From the NCBI GenBank assembly GCA_945901095.1, contig CAMDKQ010000001.1, positions 1 to 59,521 of the forward strand: a DNA stretch of 59,521 bases. The letters are read 5' to 3'. Position numbers and translations under genes: made by a program. This document shows, one piece after another, positions 26,278 to 35,387 of this stretch (within the stretch, counting starts at the first letter, position 1; every line of letters begins with the position of its first letter). The notes beneath the pieces were generated by a model. It did no database searches and was not told where the DNA came from. It was given only the letters and a program-made list of their open reading frames with translations. The DNA is from Bifidobacterium breve (lineage in GTDB: Bacteria > Actinomycetota > Actinomycetes > S36-B12).

Positions 26278-27574
26278 AGCGATCCTTCACTGGTTCGAAT
26301 CGGTGACCACGCGCATCGTAGGCGGTCATGTCCCAATCATCGGGAGCGACGATCGATGAGCGCATGAGGAGTGCGACCGGGATCGCCCCGAGGAGCAGCA
26401 ATCCACCGCTGAGAAGTGCGACAGTCTCCGATGGCGGCCCAATGCTCACGAGTTTCTCATCGCCGAGTGAGCCAACAGCGAGGCGGGCCAAGACCGCGAG
26501 GGAGATGCTCGCCATAACGACGGCGCCAACGACGAGGCTCAGGCGTGCAACAGCCGACCGCTCCGTGCGACGTCCGATCACGCCACCCATGATGGCCCCG
26601 GCCACGATACCCGCGAAAGGCAGGGCCACCCCGAGGGATCCGAGATCGCTTGGGATCGCAGCGAACAGGGGGAACGGCGGAAGGGGTGACGGCTCGCCTG
26701 CCGCAGCGAAGGGCGAGATCACCACCCCGGCTCCAAGGACGACGCCTGCGCCAACGAGATAGGACGTGGCCCACATGATGATCACCGGGGCATACCCAAT
26801 GCCCAGCAGGAGCAGGGCAACGCCGCCAACCGGACCAGGATCGAGGAGTCGCTGGGCGGCAAGAGCTTGCGGGAAATTGAGCCCGAGGGATACCGCTGCG
26901 GCAATCGCCCCAAATCCGACAAGGGCGACAGCACCGGCGGTCGCAGCCGCAACCATCGTTCGGGCGTGCGGCGACATGCGCGCTCGCAATTCAGCCATGA
27001 GTCCTGAACCGCGCAGCACTCCCCATGCCAAGCCGGTTGCCGCTACAAACAGCCCAACGCCAAAGGCTCGGGTCGGGCTCGTTCGGAAGTCAGGGGTGTT
27101 GGACAACGAACTCACTCCGGACAGGATGAGTGCGTAGAACACGGCTCCTGCAGCTGCTAGGGCCCCGGCATCTCGGAGCGTGGTGACCGCGGTAGCCCGA
27201 GCAGCCCACCTGCCGGCATGTCCGAGCAGTGCCAGCCAGATAAGCAGCAGCCCGAGCGGCAGCAACGAGTACGTTGCCGAGTCGGCGCGTACTGAGACGC
27301 CGTGGGCGATCACCCAGGCCAGACCGGAATCCCGAAGTGCCACCAGCCAGGAACTCTCGCCACCAGTGGCGGTGAGCCAGACCGCGAAGATGGGGATCGC
27401 GATGATGGCGACGCCGATTCCGGTGGCCCACAGGGCAGCGACAAGCGCCACCCACCAGATCCTGCGCGGAGTCCCGGCCTGCTTCGGCGCTGGCCTACTC
27501 GGCTTCGTTGACGCAGCCGGCGCCTTGCTCGCCGGAAGCACTGCTCGCCTATCGGCTGAAGTCGGGGCTGCCAC
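26270..27574 (-). CDS. Large polytopic membrane protein, PerM/DUF6350-like
   Basis: 434-aa ORF with about 10 TM helices. Its position between sucCD and purN matches mycobacterial Rv0955 (recalled from memory). It has a GTG start. Confidence 0.6.
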   Translation of the reverse strand: MAAPTSADRRAVLPASKAPAASTKPSRPAPKQAGTPRRIWWVALVAALWATGIGVAIIAIPIFAVWLTATGGESSWLVALRDSGLAWVIAHGVSVRADSATYSLLPLGLLLIWLALLGHAGRWAARATAVTTLRDAGALAAAGAVFYALILSGVSSLSNTPDFRTSPTRAFGVGLFVAATGLAWGVLRGSGLMAELRARMSPHARTMVAAATAGAVALVGFGAIAAAVSLGLNFPQALAAQRLLDPGPVGGVALLLLGIGYAPVIIMWATSYLVGAGVVLGAGVVISPFAAAGEPSPLPPFPLFAAIPSDLGSLGVALPFAGIVAGAIMGGVIGRRTERSAVARLSLVVGAVVMASISLAVLARLAVGSLGDEKLVSIGPPSETVALLSGGLLLLGAIPVALLMRSSIVAPDDWDMTAYDARGHRFEPVKDRYV

Positions 27575-27628
27575 GTGCTCAGACTCTCAAGAAATCGCCG
27601 TTGAAGCGTCCCGGCGCGCTGAAGAGCC

Positions 27629-28390
27629 TCAACCCTTCACGATCAACCAAACGGAGGCCGCGGCGGAAAGGCCGAGCGCGATCCGTGTAAACCACAGCGG
27701 TTTCATCCCCCGAAATGCCAGGGCACCGATACCCGCGCCGAGCACCAGAACGGGGATGAACCAAAGATCGGCAATCAGACTTTCGGGATGAATGAGTCCG
27801 AGGCCAAGGACCAGTGGCACCTTGATGACATTGAGAATAAAGAAGAACCAGACCGACGTCCCCATGAATGCGAGCATCGACACCCGCATCTTGACGAGGT
27901 AGACACTCATCGCCGTCCCTCCGGCATTCGCTGCCATCGAGGTCATGCCAGCGAGTGTTCCGTAGAACGCAATGGCAGCCCGATTCGTCATTTCCGCCTG
28001 CTTCGCCCCGGTCCTCCCATCGGATCGCAAGCGGCGCACCTCGAGGCCGACCGAGATGATGATGAGCACCCCAAGAATTCGACTTAACAGGCCGGTTTCG
28101 ACGAAGCGGAACAGCAGCGCGGTGAACGCGAACCCAACGAGCACCCCCGGCACGAGTCGGCGGATGAGACCCCAGTCCGCATGCTGCCGGTATAGCGCTA
28201 GGCCAAACACGTCGCCAAGGATGAGCAGTGGCACCGCGAATCCGGCGGCACCCGTCGGTGTGAGCGCAGCGGCGAGCACTGGCCCGGCGAGCACACCGGC
28301 CACCGGCATCGCGGTCTTGGAGAACCCCATGAGGAACACCCCTATCGCGACGCTCACCATGAGCGTTGGCGTCCAAACCTCGGGCATCAT
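27629..28390 (-). CDS. TauE/SafE-family anion exporter
   Basis: 253-aa polytopic ORF with the N-terminal segment GVFLMGFSKTAMPVAG and a repeated 4-TM architecture. Confidence 0.78.
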   Translation of the reverse strand: MMPEVWTPTLMVSVAIGVFLMGFSKTAMPVAGVLAGPVLAAALTPTGAAGFAVPLLILGDVFGLALYRQHADWGLIRRLVPGVLVGFAFTALLFRFVETGLLSRILGVLIIISVGLEVRRLRSDGRTGAKQAEMTNRAAIAFYGTLAGMTSMAANAGGTAMSVYLVKMRVSMLAFMGTSVWFFFILNVIKVPLVLGLGLIHPESLIADLWFIPVLVLGAGIGALAFRGMKPLWFTRIALGLSAAASVWLIVKG

Positions 28391-28410
28391 CGCTGTGCCC
28401 CCGCCCTGAC

Positions 28411-29283
28411 CTACGCCTTCGACATAATCTCCCGCATGAGGCGAGCCGTTGCCGAGGGCGTCTTGCCGACCTTGACCCCAACCGCCTCGAGGGCCTCCTG
28501 CTTTCCGGCCGCAGTGCCCGACCCACCGGAGACAATCGCGCCCGCATGACCCATGGTCTTGCCCTCGGGGGCCGTGAAGCCAGCGACATAGCCGACAACC
28601 GGCTTCGTGATGTGGTCCTTGATGTACGCCGCCGCACGCTCCTCGGCATCGCCGCCGATCTCGCCGATCATTACGATGGCGTCGGTGTCGGGATCGGCTT
28701 CGAACGCCTCGAGGCAGTCGATGTGGGTGGTGCCGATGATGGGGTCGCCACCGATTCCGACAGCAGTCGAGAAACCGAAGTCGCGCAGTTCGTACATCAT
28801 CTGGTAGGTCAATGTTCCTGACTTGGAGACCAGTCCGATGCGCCCGGGGGGCGTGATGTCGGACGGGATGATGCCTGCGTTCGACTGTCCGGGCGAGATG
28901 ATCCCGGGGCAGTTCGGGCCGATGAGTCGAGTGGCACCTGAATTTTGTGAGTACTGAAAGAACTGGGCGGTGTCGTGGACCGGGATGCCCTCGGTAATAA
29001 CTACCGCAAGTTCGATGCGCGCATCGATAGCCTCGATGACGGCTGCCTTCGCGAAACGAGGCGGCACGAAAACAACCGTGACGTTAGCGCCGGTAGCCGC
29101 CATGGCGTCCTGAACCGAGTCATAGATCGGGATGCCATCGACATCCTGGCCTGCCTTGCCGGGAGTGACCCCGGCAACAACCTGCGCACCGGAGCCCACC
29201 ATACGCCGCGTGTGCTTCGTGCCTTCGCCGCCCGTCATGCCTTGGACGAGGATGCGGGAATTCTTGTCGAGCCAGATAGCCAT
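28411..29283 (-). CDS. sucD: Succinyl-CoA ligase alpha subunit
   Basis: Contains [29 protein letters not shown] and the phosphohistidine loop MGHAGAIV. Confidence 0.97.
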   Translation of the reverse strand: MAIWLDKNSRILVQGMTGGEGTKHTRRMVGSGAQVVAGVTPGKAGQDVDGIPIYDSVQDAMAATGANVTVVFVPPRFAKAAVIEAIDARIELAVVITEGIPVHDTAQFFQYSQNSGATRLIGPNCPGIISPGQSNAGIIPSDITPPGRIGLVSKSGTLTYQMMYELRDFGFSTAVGIGGDPIIGTTHIDCLEAFEADPDTDAIVMIGEIGGDAEERAAAYIKDHITKPVVGYVAGFTAPEGKTMGHAGAIVSGGSGTAAGKQEALEAVGVKVGKTPSATARLMREIMSKA

Positions 29284-29292
29284 TGCGTGCCC

Positions 29293-30480
29293 TTACTTTC
29301 CGGCCTTGCGAGCAGCGGCCAACTCGGCCACCCGCCGCGCGGCATCATCCATGGTGTCGACGATCTCGATGAGCGGATGGTTTGCATCCGTGAGGATCGC
29401 TCGACCCTCGATCGCGTTGTTGCCGTCGATCCGGGCAACGATCGGCTTGGTGAGCTCCGCTCCATTGGCGGAAAGCATCTCGAGTGCCTGGAGGATTCCG
29501 TTCGCGACTGCGTCGCACGAAGTGATCCCGCCGAAGACGTTCACGAATACCGACTCGACCTCGGGGTCGTTCAGGACGATGTCGAGGCCGTTCGCCATGA
29601 CTGAAGCGCTCGCGCCTCCACCGATATCGAGGAAATTCGCCGGCTTGATGCCCCCAAACTCCTCACCCGCGTAGGCAACGACATCGAGGGTGCTCATAAC
29701 GAGACCCGCCCCATTGCCGATGATCCCGACCTCCCCCTGCAGTTTGACGTAGTTGAGGTCAAACTCCTTGGCTCGCAGTTCAATCGGGTCGGTGCCCTCG
29801 CGGTCGACGAAGTCAGCGTGCGACGGATGACGGTACCCGGCATTGTCGTCGAGGGTGACCTTGCCATCGAGCGCGAGAACGAGACCGTCCGGCGTAAGGA
29901 CGAGCGGATTGACCTCGACGAGGGTGGCATCTTCCTCAACCATAACGACCCAGAGCTTGACGAGGATCGCGACCACCTGATCGACGATGGCCTCGGGGAA
30001 CCGGGCTGCCGCCACGATCTCACGGGCCTTCGCCTCGTTAACGCCCTTGAGGGCATCAACGGGAACCTTCGCGAGGTCATCGGGACGGGTTGCGGCGACC
30101 TCTTCGATATCGACCCCGCCCGCGACGCTCGCCATGGCGAGGAAGGCGCGGTTCGTACGGTCGAGGAGGAACGAGACGTAATACTCCTCGGCAATATCGC
30201 TCGCCTCGGTGACGAGCACCCGGTGAACGGTATGCCCCTTGATGTCCATCCCGAGGATAGCCTCTGCCTTCGCCTGCGCGTCATCGGGAGTATCGGCGAG
30301 TTTCACACCGCCGGCCTTGCCTCGTCCGCCGACCTTCACCTGAGCCTTCACTACGACGGCAGAGCCGATCTTGCTGGCTGCCTCGTGCGCTGCTGCGCTG
30401 GACGTGCAGACCTCACCCGGGGTGACCGGAACGAGGTGCTTGCCGAAGAGGTCCTTCGCTTGGTACTCGTACAAGTCCAC
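29293..30480 (-). CDS. sucC: Succinyl-CoA ligase beta subunit
   Basis: The N-terminus is [12 protein letters not shown] (GTG start), followed by an ATP-grasp and ligase-CoA layout. Confidence 0.97.
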   Translation of the reverse strand: MDLYEYQAKDLFGKHLVPVTPGEVCTSSAAAHEAASKIGSAVVVKAQVKVGGRGKAGGVKLADTPDDAQAKAEAILGMDIKGHTVHRVLVTEASDIAEEYYVSFLLDRTNRAFLAMASVAGGVDIEEVAATRPDDLAKVPVDALKGVNEAKAREIVAAARFPEAIVDQVVAILVKLWVVMVEEDATLVEVNPLVLTPDGLVLALDGKVTLDDNAGYRHPSHADFVDREGTDPIELRAKEFDLNYVKLQGEVGIIGNGAGLVMSTLDVVAYAGEEFGGIKPANFLDIGGGASASVMANGLDIVLNDPEVESVFVNVFGGITSCDAVANGILQALEMLSANGAELTKPIVARIDGNNAIEGRAILTDANHPLIEIVDTMDDAARRVAELAAARKAGK

Positions 30481-30552
30481 GCTTAATCGACTCCTTTTCG
30501 AAAGGCCTCCCGAACGACTGCGGGTTGAGCCTAGTTACTTACGGGGGTGTCC

Positions 30553-30951
30553 TTAGTCCTTCTTGATGTGATCTTCGACCCAGTCGACAATCGCCTGCAT
30601 TGGGGTGCCGGGAGTGAAGATCCTCGCGACGCCCATTGCCTCAAGGGTCGGGATGTCATCGTCGGGGATGATTCCGCCCCCGAACACCATGATGTCGTCG
30701 GCACCCGCCGCCTTCAGGAGGTCCATGACCTCGGCGAACAAGGTCAGGTGGGCCCCGGAGAGCACGGACAGACCGATGATGTCAGCGTCCTCTTGGATGG
30801 CCGCATCCACGATTTGAGCCGGCGTCTGGTGCAGGCCCGTATAGATGACTTCGATGCCCGCGTCGCGCATCGCGCGGGCCACGACCTTGGCGCCACGATC
30901 ATGGCCGTCGAGGCCCGGTTTGGCCATAACGACGCGTATTGGTGCTGTCAC
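30553..30951 (-). CDS. Stand-alone cobalamin (B12)-binding domain protein (methylmalonyl-CoA mutase C-terminal/small-subunit type)
   Basis: 132-aa ORF with the DxHxxG motif in [14 protein letters not shown], followed by GLSVLSGAH and GGGIIP segments. Confidence 0.85.
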   Translation of the reverse strand: MTAPIRVVMAKPGLDGHDRGAKVVARAMRDAGIEVIYTGLHQTPAQIVDAAIQEDADIIGLSVLSGAHLTLFAEVMDLLKAAGADDIMVFGGGIIPDDDIPTLEAMGVARIFTPGTPMQAIVDWVEDHIKKD

Positions 30952-31074
30952 GATGCTGCCCCTTCACCAGTTCTGAACCTGCGGCACATTGTGGACCTGT
31001 CGCGCGAAGAGTTCGAATTCATTGTCTTTGGTTGACGACCGCCAAAAGTGCAGCATAGGTGGTAGCGGTGCCCT

Positions 31075-32181
31075 TCATGACGAAGGGGTCAGGCGCTCTG
31101 TCAGTGCCGCGGCGGCGGCAGCGAGCCAGCGGGCCGGCTCCCTACGGGCTACCTGCGAGGACCCTGCAAGGTCGCTGCAGGTGATGACCCCGGCGACACC
31201 GCGTGACCGCCATTCCTCTTCAGCCAGCCCAGACACGCCTGCAACAACGTAGACGGGACGACCGATCTCGCGGGCGAAATCGATGACGAGCCCTGGAGCT
31301 TTCCCTCCAAAGGTCTGGTGGTCGAAGGCACCCTCGCCGGTCACGACCACCTCCGCTGCATGCACCCGTTCGCGCAGTCGAGTGAGATCGGCGACGTACT
31401 CAGCTCCGCTTTCGATGCTCGCGCCGAGCGCGGCTCGGGCAGCGGCGGCAACCCCACCGGCCGCCCCGCCACCGTTCGTGCGAACGATCTCGATGGCGAA
31501 TGCTCGCTCGAGCAGGCTCGCCCACCTGCACATTGCCGCGCTCACCCGGGGGAGGTCGCGGGGTGGCAGGCCCTTTTGGGGACCGAAGACTTGCACAGCC
31601 CCATGCGCACCGACGAGTGGGTTGTTCACATCGACGAGCACCCGCCATGCCCCGCCGACCTCACGTGATTCGATCGCGTGCGCCTGCACCAGCCCGGCCA
31701 GGTCGGGCGTCACCTGTCGGCCGTTCCTGTCGAGGACAGTAAAGCCGAGGCCCTCGAGCAGGCCAACGCCTCCATCGATCGATGCACTGCCGCCCAGTGC
31801 CAACGTCACAGATGACGCCCCAGCATCGAGCGCGGCACGCGCCGCGAGGCCCAGACCGAGGGACGAGGCTCGCCACGGGTCCGGTGCAAGATCGATGACG
31901 GTTGCCAACCCGCACACTTGCGCCATTTCAACGATCACTTCGTCACCACACCAGGCGATCACCCCGGTCCGCGGCCGGCCTAATCCGTCGACTGTCGGAG
32001 TCTCACGGCGTTCGTATCCATGTTCAAGAACGACATTGATCGTGCCATCGCCTCCATCGGCCAATGGGAGCCCGTCGACCAGGTGCCCAGCGGCCTGCAA
32101 CACCGATGCAATCGTCATGACGACCTCACTCGCGGAAAGCGTCGCCTTGAACTTGTCAGGGGCGACAAGCACCCGGCTCAT
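31075..32181 (-). CDS. Glycerate kinase
   Basis: Contains VLVAPDKFKATLSA and LADGGDGT motifs. It shares an ATGA overlap with the pcrA stop. Confidence 0.85.
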   Translation of the reverse strand: MSRVLVAPDKFKATLSASEVVMTIASVLQAAGHLVDGLPLADGGDGTINVVLEHGYERRETPTVDGLGRPRTGVIAWCGDEVIVEMAQVCGLATVIDLAPDPWRASSLGLGLAARAALDAGASSVTLALGGSASIDGGVGLLEGLGFTVLDRNGRQVTPDLAGLVQAHAIESREVGGAWRVLVDVNNPLVGAHGAVQVFGPQKGLPPRDLPRVSAAMCRWASLLERAFAIEIVRTNGGGAAGGVAAAARAALGASIESGAEYVADLTRLRERVHAAEVVVTGEGAFDHQTFGGKAPGLVIDFAREIGRPVYVVAGVSGLAEEEWRSRGVAGVITCSDLAGSSQVARREPARWLAAAAAALTERLTPSS

Positions 32182-34451
32182 AGCTTCTCGACGGGCGCGT
32201 ACCTCAGGAGCAGTCGCTTCACGCCTGCCGCACCGAAGTCGACGGTGGCGTCGGACTTTTCACCAACCCCGGCGGTCGAGACGACGGTGCCGAGGCCGAA
32301 CTTCTCGTGGGTCACGCGATCGCCGGCCGTGAGCGATACGACCGGACCGCCACCGACGACTCGATCACCAAGGCGCAGGGCAGCACTGCTACTCGACGGC
32401 GAGGAACCGAATCCCCCCGCTGAAATCGGCATGTCACTCGGCTCCACCCTGCGCCAGTCGAGGATTTCCGCGGGAATCTCGTCAAGGAAACGGGACGGCG
32501 GGTTGAACGCGGGAGAGCCCCAGGCCGAGCGCATCATCGAACGGCTGAGATACAAGCGCTCCCGGGCCCGGGTGATCCCAACATAGGCCAGGCGCCGCTC
32601 CTCCTCGAGCTCCTTGGGATCGCCGAGGGAACGCATGTGGGGGAAGACACCGTCCTCCATGCCGGTGAGGAACACGACCGGGAACTCGAGGCCCTTCGCT
32701 GTATGGAGGGTCATGAGGGTCACGACTCCCCCTGACGCATCGGCGTCCGGAATATCGTCCGAGTCGGCCACGAGCGAGACGCGCTCGAGGAAATCAATAA
32801 GCGTCCCATCGGGATTCTCATTCGCGAACTCCTGCGCAACCGTCTCGAGTTCGGCGAGGTTCTCCACCCGGGTCTCGTCCTGCGGGTCGGCCGAGGCCTG
32901 AAGTTCGGCGAGGTAGCCGCTCTGCTCAAGGATCGCCTGCAACACAACGGCGGCATCAGCACCCGACTCGACGAGGGTGCGCAGACCGGTCATGAGCTGG
33001 ACGAAGCCGGTGATGCTCGTCAGGGATCTTGTCGCGATGCCCGGGGCCTCCGCCGCCCGCTCGAGGGCCTCGGCGAAGCTGATGCGCTCGCGCTGGCCAA
33101 ACGCATCGACCATGGCCTCGGCTCGCTCGCCGATGCCGCGCTTGGGTACGTTCAGCACCCGGCGCAGGGACACCTCATCGGTCGGGTTCGCGAGGGCACG
33201 CAGGTAGGCGAGTGCATCTCGGACCTCACGCCGCTCGTAGAACTTGGTACCACCCACCACGCGATAGGGCATGCCGACCCGAATGAACACCTCTTCGACT
33301 GACCGGGACTGCGCATTCGTGCGATAGAACACGGCCACATCACCGTGCCTGACCCCCTCCACGTCGGTCAGCCGATCGATTTCATTCGAGATAAATGACG
33401 CCTCATCCCGCTCGTCGTCGGCGACATACGCGACGATCGGCGCGCCCTCGCCGGAGTCGGTCCAGAGGTTTTTCGCGCGTCTGCTCGAGTTGCGGGCGAT
33501 CACCGCATTTGCAGCCGTGAGGATCGTCTGGGTTGACCGGTAGTTCTGCTCGAGCATGACGGTCCGGGCATTCGGGTAGTCGCGCTCGAACTCCTCGATG
33601 TTGCGGATGGTCGCGCCGCGGAAGGCGTAAATCGACTGGTCTGCATCGCCGACCACGCAGAGCTGGCCGGCCGGCAACTGCGGTGTGCCCGGGCCGACGA
33701 GCTCCTTGATGAGCGTGTATTGCGCATGGTTCGTGTCCTGGTACTCATCGACGAGGATGTGACGAAACCGGCGGCGGTAGTGCTCGGCAACGTCGGGGTA
33801 AAGCTGCAGGACGGCAACCGCACTGAAGATGAGGTCGTCGAAGTCGAAGGCATTCGCCCGCTGGAGGCGGGCCTGATACTGGCCGTACGCCTCAGCGAGG
33901 GTCTCCTCCATGTGGTTCACCGCCCGGCCCGCAGAGGTCTCGAAGTCGATGAGCTCGTTCTTGAGGTTCGAGACCTGCGCGAGGAAGGATCGAGGCGTAT
34001 AGCGCTTCGGGTCGAGGTCGAGATCACGAAGCACCATGCCCATGAGGCGCAGGGAGTCAGCCTGGTCGTAGATTGTGAAGCCGCTCGTGACCCCGAGGCG
34101 CGATGACTCGCTCCGCAGAATGCGAACACACGCGCTGTGGAAGGTCGAGACCCACATGACCCGGGCTCGCGCGCCAATGAGCTCGGCTACCCGCTCCTTC
34201 ATCTCGCCTGCGGCCTTGTTCGTGAAGGTGATGGCAAGGATCTCACCCGGCTGCGCGGCACCGCTCGCAAGGAGGTGGGCGATCCGGCGGGTGAGGACGC
34301 GGGTCTTGCCGGACCCAGCACCCGCGACGATGAGGAGCGGCCCACCCCGGTGCTCGACGGCGGCACGCTGGGACTCGTTGAGGTCCTCTACGAGCCGGGT
34401 CTCACGATCGGAGGCGACGGTCACACGACCATCGTAGGAGGAGGCACCCAC
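32178..34451 (-). CDS. pcrA: ATP-dependent DNA helicase PcrA/UvrD
   Basis: 757-aa ORF with Walker A AGAGSGKTRVLT and the SF1 helicase motifs DEYQDTN and VGDADQSIYAFRGA. Confidence 0.93.
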   Translation of the reverse strand: MGASSYDGRVTVASDRETRLVEDLNESQRAAVEHRGGPLLIVAGAGSGKTRVLTRRIAHLLASGAAQPGEILAITFTNKAAGEMKERVAELIGARARVMWVSTFHSACVRILRSESSRLGVTSGFTIYDQADSLRLMGMVLRDLDLDPKRYTPRSFLAQVSNLKNELIDFETSAGRAVNHMEETLAEAYGQYQARLQRANAFDFDDLIFSAVAVLQLYPDVAEHYRRRFRHILVDEYQDTNHAQYTLIKELVGPGTPQLPAGQLCVVGDADQSIYAFRGATIRNIEEFERDYPNARTVMLEQNYRSTQTILTAANAVIARNSSRRAKNLWTDSGEGAPIVAYVADDERDEASFISNEIDRLTDVEGVRHGDVAVFYRTNAQSRSVEEVFIRVGMPYRVVGGTKFYERREVRDALAYLRALANPTDEVSLRRVLNVPKRGIGERAEAMVDAFGQRERISFAEALERAAEAPGIATRSLTSITGFVQLMTGLRTLVESGADAAVVLQAILEQSGYLAELQASADPQDETRVENLAELETVAQEFANENPDGTLIDFLERVSLVADSDDIPDADASGGVVTLMTLHTAKGLEFPVVFLTGMEDGVFPHMRSLGDPKELEEERRLAYVGITRARERLYLSRSMMRSAWGSPAFNPPSRFLDEIPAEILDWRRVEPSDMPISAGGFGSSPSSSSAALRLGDRVVGGGPVVSLTAGDRVTHEKFGLGTVVSTAGVGEKSDATVDFGAAGVKRLLLRYAPVEKL

Positions 34452-34505
34452 AACGCGGATTCGTCGACGTTCCCCCGATGAACATCACACCTCCGCCGCA
34501 GCGGT

Positions 34506-35012
34506 TCACGACAAGTCGACCGATGCCTGAACGTCGCTGATTCGCTGAACGAGCATCATGCGACCGGGAAGTTGGCGGAACCCGAGGGTCTCGTACAGTC
34601 TTGCGACAGGTTCAGCGATCGCGTCCACGACAACAAGTCGCGCCCCAACGATCTGTGACGCTTCGACGACCCGCTCAAGTGCATCAGAGACGAGGACAGG
34701 TCCCAGACCCTGTCCACGCAAGTGCTGAGCAAGGGCGAGCCGTGCAAGCAGCACGGCCGGGATCTCCGCCGGTCCACCGCGTCCGATGCCGTCCGGGACC
34801 TGATCACGCACAATCTTGTGAGCGGCGAGCGCGTAGAAGGCCACGACCGCTCCGGCCTCGTCGGTCCACACCCAGGTTCGAGCGGTCCCTCGCTTGGTTG
34901 CCGGGACCGCCTGCTCGCGCAGCCAGCGATCGAGCACCTCCTCGCCGCAATCGAACGTGAATGGATCGTGGTACTCGGCATCGAAGCGCTCGGAGCGGAA
35001 TTGCTCAGTCAC
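34506..35012 (-). CDS. GNAT-family acetyltransferase toxin (TacT/AtaT-like)
   Basis: 168-aa ORF containing FDCGEEVLDRWL and LLARLALAQHLRGQGLG, the acetyl-CoA binding region. It overlaps the upstream DUF1778 gene by 8 nt. Confidence 0.8.
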   Translation of the reverse strand: MTEQFRSERFDAEYHDPFTFDCGEEVLDRWLREQAVPATKRGTARTWVWTDEAGAVVAFYALAAHKIVRDQVPDGIGRGGPAEIPAVLLARLALAQHLRGQGLGPVLVSDALERVVEASQIVGARLVVVDAIAEPVARLYETLGFRQLPGRMMLVQRISDVQASVDLS

Positions 35013-35283
35013 GTGTCACAGTTGCGCGCAATCGCCTTGCCGCATTGTGAAGTCCGGGATTCGCCTGCGCCGGAGCGTCAAACGCAGCAATGAGTTCGTC
35101 GAAAAACTCGGCGGGGAAAACCGTCGTTGCCTCATACTCGCGAAGGAGGCGATCAGCCTTCTCCTCGGCGGCAGTACGTGCGAACATCGACACCGACTCC
35201 CCCGACAGTTCTGCGGCACGTTCGATTTCCGACTTTTGCTGCGGGCTGACCCGGAATTCCAGCCGAGCGGTCGCTGTCGTCAT
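35005..35283 (-). CDS. DUF1778 (TacA-like) ribbon-helix-helix antitoxin
   Basis: 92-aa ORF with the N-terminus TARLEFRVSPQQKSEIERAAELSGESVSMF, typical of DUF1778 antitoxins. Confidence 0.8.
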   Translation of the reverse strand: MTTATARLEFRVSPQQKSEIERAAELSGESVSMFARTAAEEKADRLLREYEATTVFPAEFFDELIAAFDAPAQANPGLHNAARRLRATVTRD

Positions 35284-35387
35284 GACGCATCCTTCCCTCG
35301 TGTACCGACAACACTCCGGTCATGTCAATGAGGGCTCCCGTCCATGCGGGTCTAAGAATTTGAAGAGGCGGCCAATACAGCATCCTG

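Noticed and set aside
24973-26367. A 464-aa plus-strand ORF antisense to purN and the membrane protein genes
   Set aside because: Same reasoning as above. It is extremely Arg/Glu/Asp-rich, it is antisense to purN (which has clear motifs), and it has no Shine-Dalgarno or domain signature.
27579-28649. A 356-aa minus-strand ORF overlapping the TauE and sucD genes in another frame
   Set aside because: The translation is Arg-rich (RRRRS-type runs). It overlaps the sucD 3' end and the whole TauE gene, both of which have far better coding signatures.
31283-32332. A 349-aa plus-strand ORF antisense to the glycerate kinase gene
   Set aside because: Its Ser/Arg/Pro/Thr-rich composition marks it as a shadow ORF of a gene with clear glycerate kinase motifs.
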